Assembly (NCBI RefSeq): GCF_022045235.1 | Contig: NW_027266273.1 | Span: forward strand, 18,228,001 to 18,292,000 | Reading direction: 5' to 3' | Source of the DNA: Haliotis cracherodii | Taxonomy: Eukaryota | DNA: 64,000 nt | Shown here: positions 38,090-49,164 of the stretch, piece after piece | How positions within the stretch are numbered: position 1 is the first letter of the stretch | Layout: each line of letters starts with the position of its first letter | Translations under genes and position numbers: made by a program | The notes under the pieces: generated by a model | Database searches by the model: none | What the model saw: only the letters and a program-made list of their open reading frames with translations | Told to the model about the DNA's origin: nothing

Positions 38090-41000
38090 TTTGTCAAATT
38101 GCTTTAAATATGAACATTGTTAAGGTAACATACAGCTACACATTATGCTACATATTACTAATACCGTTTTGTGATGCTGTAGTTTGGAACGACAATTGGA
38201 CGTCCCCAAATGAAACGATGCGTGTTTGAGCATCGCTGGCGACACATATTTACGGACAATTTGTTGAAAACATTCACCTGAATATTTGAAACATTGGTTC
38301 AAGGTAATGTATAATTGACAAACAACTGCCCATTCCTGAAGAATAATGGAGCGTTTAAACAATAAGACGACGTCGCAGGTGTGTGTTAATTTCATTGCGC
38401 GAATAGCAGTTTCTACAGTGTTGTATTTGAGTCAAAATGGGAACCATAATAACGACGGATCTGGGAAGTTGTAAGATCGGGTATAAATGACCATTGTTAT
38501 GCGAAAACGCTCATTGTAATCTCATAAAGACAAATGAAATTCCTTGAACTCAGCAGCGAGTGTAACCGCCACGTGTTATTGACGGGCGGTTGCTTAATTA
38601 ATTTCTAAATGGATACAAATTTGAAACGTGTTTAATTGTTTTGCTTTGCTCCATGGTTATAAGAATTTAGATACTGAATATTACAGCCGAAATTATAGCA
38701 TACGTTGGGTGACTTGGATACCAAATTTACCAATGAAATCCTCCGGAATAACATATTTAAAGATTAACGTTCGGTGTTTTACAATGAATGTAGACGCCTC
38801 TTGCAAAATGTCTATGGAAAATTGAGTTTTAAAATCTATTTGATATATCAACTCACCTTTTGTATTTCAACATATACAATGCAGATTTAGTCGTCTGACA
38901 TAACACCTCTTCATTGTCCCTTTTACCATCATGCGTAAACGTACATGTCTTTCTTTACAGATCAACCAATGTTTAAAACGCGTGGTGTGAACCACTGTCA
39001 TGATAAAAGGCTGATCAATGAATAATTATGCATTTATACATAAAAGGACAACACATACCTGTAAAATGTAAAAATGATAACACAGTGGACAGAATGGCAG
39101 AGGTAGATTGCGACGACTGTTCTCGGCTGCTGTTAAATGCGTCGACACATGCGGAACCGCGACATATGGTGTCATCCGTAGCTGTACATCATGGTTGTTC
39201 AGTATTTCGTTTCAGCAAAAGATCAATACTACATATACATGCGATATCACTGTATGATAATTATCTTTATATTGTCTGAGCTCTTTTAACCAGGATAGAT
39301 ATTTTTACAGCGTTACCTCTGATTATATTTCTGTATTTGTAGGATTGTACTACGACGTGTCTTGATGGAAGTATTACAGTGCATATTTTTCATTATACTT
39401 TTTTATATGTTTCACAAAATAACTTAACCTGGGAAATTTGACCATCATCTAAAACTGTAAATAAAATCAACACTTGTTAGGCAATACGGAAACTGTTCTG
39501 TTACCACCTGTTTGTGTAGTCAACTTTGATAGCATATGGCAGATAACATAGACGGAAATTACAACATCAAAGTAATTGTTAATGTGATACGAGTAGAGTT
39601 GTTGGGGTATATAACTCCTTGGGTGTTGGCCCTCGGCACACTTGCTTGAATGAACTCAAAAAACCTCACAGCTCTCTCCTCTCTTGTTTAGGCAAGAAAA
39701 TATTTAAATATTCCTATTTTATGACTAAAGTTCTCATTTCATTGATATTATTATCTGGAAAATGTTAGAGTTGAATCAGTACTGCCGTATTGTAACGCTC
39801 AGTCTACTATGTACACGTTCTAAATGACTGCCCATTATATATTATTTATCGTTTAACACTCAGACACTGTCCAGTGAAGTGTAATGCGTCGTGGGCTCCT
39901 CCAGTTTATGTGTCATTAATACGCGACAACAATAGTTCCCTCCTGTATTTCGACATCCATGATTAAATACCCCATCAATGTATATCATCATCTGTTCAAC
40001 GTGGCAGTTGCATATACAATCTATAGTTTCGTGTAGTAGCGTAACGAACATGTAGCTTAGTCACAAAACGGTTCCTATACTATATGATATATGTATGTGT
40101 GTTTGAATCATGGGTAATTAGTTGTTTTATATTGGTCACATTTATTTTTACCAGCATTGTTTCGAATTCTACATTTTCCATCAGTTGCGTGATCTTTTAG
40201 CACAGCAGATTTACCACTCAGCATATGGCAATGATGTTTTGCGGTAAAGCATCGATAGTTATGTACTCTGACTATGGAATATATGTATTTTATGAAAACA
40301 AAACAAATCCAGATTAATATAAAAGCAAAACTCTGACCCGTGAAGATCCGGGTACGAATTGGTCAAATGTCATGAACTTATATTCTCCCAAATAACATCG
40401 AGTTGATTTAAATAATGCAAAAAAGTCTTAATCAACGATATATCGATTGAGTTATAAGTGATGACCTTTATATATTTTAGGGGATCGATTTGTCGGAACT
40501 ATCAGAAGACACAAACAAATACCCACTTAAACACTTTATAGTTACAATATACATAACTTGTTCAACAAGCTTGGCAGTTGACCAATTCTGTCAAAATAAA
40601 GACAACATATTCTGTGCTATATCTGTGTTATGTATATGAAAAACAAGACAAATATGCAATAATGTACTCACTACACGGGAAAATGTTTTTTTTATTTTGG
40701 TGAGCATACATGAAAGCAATTACATCTTCTGCATATGTATCATGTTAAACAATAAATGAAATCGTATCGTCTGATGTTAGTGTTTAGTTTTGCAATATAT
40801 CATTACACTTCCTTGTGAACAACCTACACCTTTGGAGAGTACTGATTAACTATCACACTTCCAATCAATGCAGCACACAGAACACACATGTCGATGTTGA
40901 CCGACCTATTTGTTTCTTTAATTTCACGTCTGTTGAGATTTATTGCTCTCTAGAACATTTATTTTTCGTACAGTTATTTTAACTGGTAGATTATTTTCGA

Positions 41001-41112
41001 ATGTAGCGAATGAGCAAAATATTGACTGGGGTGATGTTCATACCAGTAAACCTGTATAGAAAATAAACTGTGCGACACAAAGGGAACATCACAGCTTTGA
41101 TTCTTTCAAATA

Positions 41113-42396
41113 TCATATGTAATAGAGTTTTTCACAGATTCTTAACCCCATGCCAAACACCATATCCGTCAAGACTCGTGGGGGTACGTGCACAGAGGTG
41201 GTAAACTTTTTGTTGCTATACCAACTACTGTATAGTTTACCACCCCAAACAGCCAACTGTTCCATGTGACTATTTCTGTGTTGTTTATACTTGTGAGGGA
41301 AGAGTTCAATTAACCCTGTTCCAGGAACCTGGAACAACGTGAGTGCTAACCCTGCACCGTGTACACCGATCAAAATATCCGTTTCCGTGATCAGTTGTAT
41401 TTGTTCTCTGATGGTCAAAGTCTCCAACGCTACGGCTTGTACAGGAGTTTCAGGAAATGTGTTTTTCAGCGCCTGAATGAGTTCATCAGAATTATTAAAC
41501 TGTCTCTCTATTATGCCCCTGACGTTTCGTGGATGGGCTATGTAGTTTTTTCTCAACACAACAGTTATCCTAATCCTGTCACAAGCTAGTTTCCTGCCCA
41601 GAAAGCCTCCTGCACGATCAGAGACATCATAACGGAAATCGTCGATGTAAGGAATAGATTTGGCTTTGCGCAAAATGGGCACCCGTTTCAACTCGGGAAC
41701 AAGGACAAACTGCTCAAGGAGCGTTGTTTTCTTCAACCATCCCACTCTGGCGACCTTCTTGAACAGCAGTTCCCACAATCCGTCTAGGGCAGTAGCTGGA
41801 TGGGCGTCAAGGATGAGAATGGTGGTCTCGGCAGCAGTTCTGTTCATTTCCCGGGTATTCAGATATGCGTTGTACAGCTCTATCACGGTCCAGTACATAT
41901 TTGCATAGTCGATACGAACAATTCCAACAGTTAGTCCCTCTAAACTCTCCATATATTCCATCTCTGTTTTATTGGACACTGTGATTACGTTTGTCACATC
42001 ATTCACAGATGCCTGATGAGGACGGTTTTCCAAGTGTCTCATCAGACCAGGCGTTCCTCTGCATAGTGTTCTCAAAACGCCAAGTTCAAAATTGAAAAAT
42101 TCCGTACTTTCATCTTGATATTCAACTTCAGTGATGTTCTCGCCTCCTCTTCTTGTTCCAAAAGCTCTGGAAGGATCTAAAACCATGTCCTCTAACTTCA
42201 TACCACCAGATGGCAAATACCCCATGATCTTTGAACATGCTCGTTCATGCCCATTTCTGTTCAACAACAATCGTTTAGTGCCAAAGAAAACCCGGCTTCC
42301 TGCGTTTGTTATTGCTTCGAGGAGATAGGATATCGCAATGATATAAATGATGATATCCAACGGCGACCGAAGTCTGGGTAACTGGAATGTTAACAT
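41113..42396 (-). CDS. GT61 glycosyltransferase, XYLT-like, copy 2
   Basis: The ORF track starts at TTG 42405; the first ATG is 42396 (427 aa). The core is almost identical to copy 1 at an offset of 5061 bp. Confidence 0.9.
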   Translation of the reverse strand: MLTFQLPRLRSPLDIIIYIIAISYLLEAITNAGSRVFFGTKRLLLNRNGHERACSKIMGYLPSGGMKLEDMVLDPSRAFGTRRGGENITEVEYQDESTEFFNFELGVLRTLCRGTPGLMRHLENRPHQASVNDVTNVITVSNKTEMEYMESLEGLTVGIVRIDYANMYWTVIELYNAYLNTREMNRTAAETTILILDAHPATALDGLWELLFKKVARVGWLKKTTLLEQFVLVPELKRVPILRKAKSIPYIDDFRYDVSDRAGGFLGRKLACDRIRITVVLRKNYIAHPRNVRGIIERQFNNSDELIQALKNTFPETPVQAVALETLTIREQIQLITETDILIGVHGAGLALTLFQVPGTGLIELFPHKYKQHRNSHMEQLAVWGGKLYSSWYSNKKFTTSVHVPPRVLTDMVFGMGLRICEKLYYI

Positions 42397-44239
42397 ATTT
42401 ATCAACTGTATTGAACTGAAACGCCACTAACTGATTGTCTACTAAACTCTAGCCTTACCGAGTTTGAAATAGATTGTTCATGACAGATAATACTATTCTG
42501 TGTATAGCTATTGTAACTGAAATGAAGATATTGTGAAGGCGATCAGTAAAATATTGATAACACTGCATGTCAGTATGCTGAAGACGTATGGATGTGTTGT
42601 ATACAAGGGTTTGGTAAGCCTGTTCCTTTCCCGACAGGAGGCACGTAACCACGTTTGTGAGAGGAGGTGTCGATTTAACTTGGGAGACTCTCTTTTCTGT
42701 AAAAAAAACATAATCCAATAGTCCTATTAGTTCCTAGTTTTATTCAAATAATTAAAATACATTAGATGACTAATTATCATATGACATTACGTTGTGGTGA
42801 TGAATCAGAAAAGCTTCTGATGACCCCTTTATCTAGATATTACATTTTCTGCCCAAGATGATAGAATACTCTCTATTAATGACACTCAATGTAAACGATT
42901 ATGCAATATATCCAAATCTGAAACTTGTTATTATTTTATGGTTCTTTGCTCAATGGTTAATTGTCCTGGGATTAGATAGGGCAATCCACTATTGTCATCC
43001 AATATACAGTATATATCCGGTGCTATATAACGTTTACATGGAGTTCCACATCAACTGGCATTTACGTTTTTAATGAAAATTGTTTGAGTTGTACAGCAGG
43101 ACATGTTTAGCCTTTTTGAGAAAAAACCTGTTGCCTTCACTGAATCAGCGATCCTTTGATTCATTTTTTAACTATTTCATCTGTTATTCCCCTAGGAATC
43201 TGCTTCAGGAAACATTCGAGACTCGTTATTCTCTGGCGTTCACTCAAAACTACAGGCTATATAAACTAACTTTCTTTGTATTTGGGCACAGACATGGTCA
43301 TCTAAGATAAATCCTCTTGAATGACTCCTCATACCATTGTAAGTAAAGGAAAGAGGAGCGATTTGTACATAAATGGAAAAATCTTACCTGTTATCTGTAA
43401 ACTGTGAAGTGAAAACACACGAACGGAAGAGGAAATCGTCATATTTTGGTGAGACAATTGTTCCCTATACAACGGTAGAGGGTTAAAACTGATACGTTCG
43501 CAACCACGAAATATGTTGTCATCTGCAGCTGTGCCCAATGGCTGATAAAATATTGTTTTAACATTGTACAGATTGTTCTAGCCTTGATGGAGCAAACGAA
43601 ATATGTGCTGACATACTTATTTTAATGTATTAATGTACGTTCTGATATGTTTGTGTGTCAATGGTTAGATTTATTTGAGGTACATGTGATCGGTGACGTG
43701 GGATGCGTTTGTTGCTGGAATGACACATGTGTACAGTCGGAATTGAACAATGAACTCTGCATACAGTCGAGAATTCTTATGATTATAGGAATGTTCTGTC
43801 GTTTATATGAAGAAATTGTATATTTTTGAACAAGTTATGTTCTCATTTGGGTTTTAATGTTTATAGATTATATTAGTACGATACATTCATTGTATCATTG
43901 TACGATACATGGTACATTTCCTAGCGTGTATATGTAGGGTTGATGATAGGTGGTAAAAGTGCATGTTTCCTTCAAACAAACAGGCAAACTTTAAAAAGAT
44001 TACAGGGGCAGTACCAGGTTATGGTATATATATATAATCAACAATTGATCAATCAGCTACAATCTGTTGAGGTAAGAACAATGTCACATGAACATTTGAT
44101 AGCTTTGGACCTAAGACTGAACAGGAGAAGTAGAATAATGTTAATAATGTTAACATGTGGGGAATACATTTGAACCGAACGGGGAGTGATCTGAGCCTTG
44201 AGTGAGTGTTCTGGCCTCGGTGTCCCCGTGCTTTAACTA

Positions 44240-45785
44240 TACTACTCAAAATTTGATAAGGATCACTAGGTGATATGTGTGTAAGTTACCACAAACATAA
44301 CAAAAGACATGACTCTGACTCAGAAACGTGTTTAATCATGTTATGAATGAAAATTCATGAGCGGCATGAACTTGTATCAATATGGAATGTTTGAAATCTG
44401 CAAACACCAAAAGGCATTTCATTAAAAAATGTTAACAGCAAACAAGAGAAAGAATTACATAGTTATGAGGGATAGTCCATCATTACACTTAGTCGATGAA
44501 GTGTCAATATCGAGTATGACCTCCCCTTGCATCAATGACGGCCTGACAACGTCGAGATATGCTGTCAATAGGCACCCGGATGTTCCCAATGGGAAGGTTG
44601 TTCCACTCTTCCACGAGGGCATGTCCGAGCTCTGCCAAAGTCGTGGGTTGTGCTCTACGGCGTGAAAGGGCAACCTGCAGCATGTTCCAGACATGTTCAA
44701 TCGGGTTCAAGTCCGGCGAGCGCGCTGGCCAATCCATGCGGACAATTGTCTCCTGCTCAAGGTACTGCTCAACCACCCTGGCGCGATGAGGACGGGCGTT
44801 ATCATCCATCAGGATGACCTCAGGGCCAACAGCCCCAGCATAGGGTCTGACGTACACATCGAGGATCTCATCCCGGTACCTCACCCCCGTCATTGTTCCT
44901 CTCTCCAGGACATGAAGATCTGTCCTTCCATCTCTGTTGATTCCACCCCAGACCATGATGGAACCACCACCATAACGGTCATGTTCACTGATGTTGGCAT
45001 CATGGAAATGTTCACGTTGTCGTCGCCACACCCGCTGCCTCCTGCCTGGACTCATCGGTGAACAGAACTGGAACCCAATCGTTCCGTGTCCAAGTGACAT
45101 GATCTTCAGCCCGTTCCAATCGCTCCCGCCGGTGTCGAACAGTCAGGGGGATTCAGACACATGCCCTTCTCGAGTAGAGACCTGCATTGTGAAGACGATT
45201 CCGTATCGTCTGAGTGGACACATTCACCCCCGAGGCGTTCAGGAGGTCGTTACGTAGGCTGGTTGCTGTCCAGAAGGGATGACATCGTGCCTGAAGAGCC
45301 ACAAAATGATCTTGGCGTTGGGTTGTCGACCTCTGACGACCACCCCCATGTCGGTGTGCTGCTGTACCAAAATTTTGCTGTCGGGACCAGGCCCTGCTTA
45401 CAACGCTCTGGCTGACGTTTAGTGCATTGGCGACGTCGCGTTGAGAATAGCCAGCATCAAGCATTCCAATACATCTGCCCAGTTGTTCTGTCGTCAGGCG
45501 ACGCCTTACACGTTGAGGGGGCATTGCGTAGATAAACGTAGTGTAAACACTCATTTGAGTTTACAGTTTCAGAATGAATCAGACACCGTTGCCTGATTGG
45601 AAATCGTGCAATGGTAGCAAAAGCATGAACTGTTATGTGAAACGCATTTCCCATGGCATGAAATGCACGTGCACGTGTGTTGGAGACGTTTTTGATTTCA
45701 CCTGAACACAATATTGCCAGTTATGCAGTTATTTTGTTTTTTATTAAGAAACATATATACGATCCTTATCAAATTTTGAGTAGTA
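44240..45785 (-). mobile_element. Full-length Tc1 (DD34E) transposon with an inactivated transposase (45524 to 44504)
   Basis: Perfect 25-bp TIR TACTACTCAAAATTTGATAAGGATC with TA on both sides. LFTDES, MDDNARPH...SPDLNPIE (34-residue spacing), GGHTRY*. One TGA at 45153-45155 and a frameshift after DES. Confidence 0.96.
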
Positions 45786-46199
45786 TATAATAGCTCAGGG
45801 CAAAACTATACTTTATTACACTACACAGTGGGTGGAGCCAACATCATTTCTGATCTAGACTGTATGCATGCATTTCAGTAAAGAGGCTAGATGATAGGTG
45901 AAGTGAAGATCTTCTCCAGTATGTGAAGTTCGTTAGTAAATATTGTCATTGTGATATATGTAGTTTAATGCAATATGTTAAGTATTGATTTCATTTTGCG
46001 ATGTCATGTGGATACAAACACACATGCAGGGATGTAAAGCTGTTTCTTTGATATAGTTGCTAAATTGAATAACTAATATATATATATATTGAAGTCACCC
46101 CTGTCATACAGTCCTGTGGAGAGTATTTTGTCACTCTGAATCTCTATGCATAGGACTTGAAACAGATGAGGCGGTCTCACTGTTCTCCTTTATTTTTAG

Positions 46200-46780
46200 T
46201 TCAGATGGGTAAGTCAGTGGAAGGGAATTGGCTATTTGATTGTTATTGAACGATATCTGATCATCGATACACCTGAAGCTTAAGTTAAACTACCTGGCCA
46301 CATTACCTTGGTTTGACTTTGCCAACCCGAGCAGAAATTATAACACATCATGACGATGTGGTCTGACTCATACACTGAATAAACAGAAACTAGACTTGTT
46401 AAGTAGGTTTGTAAATTTCACTTTCAAATATATCCGTCAACTTCTAAGTACTGCCTATCAAACAAATCACTATATTGTGGTTCATAACGTTTTAGAAGGT
46501 TATATCGATTTTGAAAGAATATTTATCTAGGTATCCTGTTTATATTTGCTTCAAATATTAATTAACGCATTATCGTGCTCTTTGCCGAAATAAAGCATAA
46601 GATGTCAGTTTAACTCCTTTAGTAAAATCCCAAGTTAGTAAATAAGGATATGGATAAACAGCTTCTATATTACAATTCGGAACGCGTTTCGGTCTAGGTT
46701 CTGACACCTTTATCAAGCAAGTGATGTTCAGAGTATGATTGACAAGCATATACACAGGTATGAGGCAGTATTTTTACATT
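46200..46780 (-). mobile_element. Penelope-like fragment with a pLTR-type hammerhead-like motif
   Basis: Minus strand FRCIDDQISFNN; motif TTGATAAAGG...CCGAAACGCGTT at 46681-46716. Confidence 0.55.
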
Positions 46781-47350
46781 TGAGTAGATTGGTATGTAGT
46801 TACAATGGATTGGGGAAGCCTGTTATGTACACAAGACGGGTAATACGAGGTAAACATCTTGACAGGTAGTATCAACAAAAGAATTATGACTGATTGGAGT
46901 TTTTGATGAGCTGATGGTGCCGAGGAGGTATGTAATCTATACACGTACACGGATAATCCAAAATTAGTACTTTATGAACACTTAATTTGTTCTAATTGGC
47001 AAACGTTTCTAAGGCATCCAACAAAACAAGGCCAAACAATACGGCATTTATGGAAAAAAACCGCATATGCAATGACGATGTTTGGCATGTTGCCTGGTTA
47101 TTGTGTACCCACAACATGAAGCTGGAATTAAAAACAAGTACTCGGAAATAGCATGTATATAAGGATATACCTTCCTGCCAGATCTACTTTTGAGACAATC
47201 ATTTACTAAAGCAACTCAGGATAATACTACAAACGCGCGGTAGCACTTTCAAACCTTATAACAGTCTGTGTACCTCATTATTCGCCTAAATTAATTAATA
47301 TATTAATTAATTTATTACAGAGACGTTAAACAGATATTACAACGCACACC

Positions 47351-47582
47351 ATGTTCACATTCTCCTTGCTCTTCACTGGGTACATTGCAGCCAATTTGAA
47401 TCCGTTCCTGTCTGGGGTCACCCTCAGACCAGGATGTGCACACGCCTGTCTGGACCATGCAAACTGCTCCTCGTTCTTCTACGACAGCAACAGTGGGGAT
47501 TGCTACCTTGAGAAGTATGTGTATGTGGCCAGTGACCAGCTCCTGGGTCGGGAAGGTATTCAATACTATTCCCAGCTGAACA
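47351..47582 (+). CDS. PAN-CTL lectin copy C, exon 1 (PAN domain)
   Basis: 232 nt, A|GTAAGT donor; GCAHACLDHANCSSFFYD...CYL. Confidence 0.88.
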
Positions 47583-48071
47583 GTAAGTTGGTAATCTTTC
47601 AAAAATTGTTTATGATTGTTCGGTTTACAGTAGCCGTACGTTTCAAGTCTGTGACGACATTGACCCTGTAAATACCGCGGCAAGAAAACACTTATTGGCC
47701 TCAACTACAATCAGAAGTGAAATTTTGCTCTTCGATGATGCTGTCAGTGTTTTAATTATTAATTACGCGCGTCTCTCAAAATCTGAAAGCCAAAGTATTC
47801 TTCATCAGTTGATAATTACAATACTGATATACTTCCACAGAGTCGCCACAGGAATCCGCGATCACAACTGTTACACTGTTGCTTTGATCATAATACATAG
47901 AACTGTTTTTAGCACATACGCAAAATATTTTATAACTGTCTTCTCATCTCATGAACTGCTACATTTCCCAACATTGCACTGTCTGAGATCTGTGTCCTTT
48001 TTCTCCAGATGTCTCTTAGGACGTAACTATTTATTGAAAACTATTCTGTATGGTTATGTGTCTTGTCCCAG

Positions 48072-48245
48072 GTGCTTGCCCCGCCACCTACATCTACAGT
48101 CGTTATACCAACCAGTGTCTCCGGCTATATAGGTCGCCACTCATGCGTTTCCGAGACGCCCAGCCAAAGTGTGGAGAGGACTCGGGACACATCGCCTTCA
48201 TCAAGTCTGAGGATGACAACATCCAAGCATCAATTGTTGCAAACG
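48072..48245 (+). CDS. PAN-CTL lectin copy C, exon 2
   Basis: CCCAG acceptor and G|GTATG donor, 174 nt; ACPATYIYSRYTNQCLRL...AQPKCGEDSGHIAFI. Confidence 0.88.
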
Positions 48246-49164
48246 GTATGAGAAACCTATCATATCACCTCGGATATATGATTGATATCGATATCATTTG
48301 ATGATCTTGCTGACTGAGTGTCACCATGGTCCGTCAGTATGAATATTTGCCCATGTTATCAAATCACTCGTACAAGTACTAAAAGAAATTATCATATACC
48401 TATCAATGATAAGAGGCATTTTGCATGAGCGGTAGCGACAACATTGTGACGGTCATATCACACCAACTAAAAAAAGTTAATTGTCTCTCGTAGTAATCAG
48501 ATATACTTTGAAAGTCAGCTTCCTGTAGGAGAGAAATACTATTAGTTATACAGCATCAACAGAGGTTTATAAACACAGAGAGTTTTAATCGTCGACAGAA
48601 TAGGAACCTGCAACCACTTTTTTGTAGTTACGTTGACAACTGTGCTATGGAGCCTATTGTCGTCACAAGTGTAAATTTTCATAGTCACAATTAACCGAGT
48701 TTGGTTAAATTGCACATTTTATGTTAATATTGTTCCAAGTTCCTTGTAAGTCCTGGTGGTATATGTGTTATGCAAGTGCATGTGTATCTTATTTGCACAT
48801 CTAATTTCAACATACATAACACATTTTACCCATTGTTGACCCATTGCCTTATGATTTGTGCTATATTTAAACATGCTTAAATTGTAAACATGTATTAACT
48901 TTTAGCATGTTTTAAATTCGAAACATGTTTAAATGTGTTATTTTCTGAACATGTTTCGATTATGCGGATGATGTGTTTAGGTTGTGTTGGGCTGTGAGGC
49001 GATAGCTCACTTCATGTGGTTATGCCTAAATGCCTTTAGAGAGAACACACCAAATGTGTATTCCGTTTAGGATTTAAACACATTCCTAATCATGTTTAGA
49101 TCGAAACATGTTTTGTCTGTATTTATATTTTGAACACACTTTTACAGTAAACATTTTACAACTT

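Noticed and set aside
36298-42328. Short plus-strand ORFs duplicated at a 5061-bp offset
   Set aside because: Antisense shadows of the GT61 genes.
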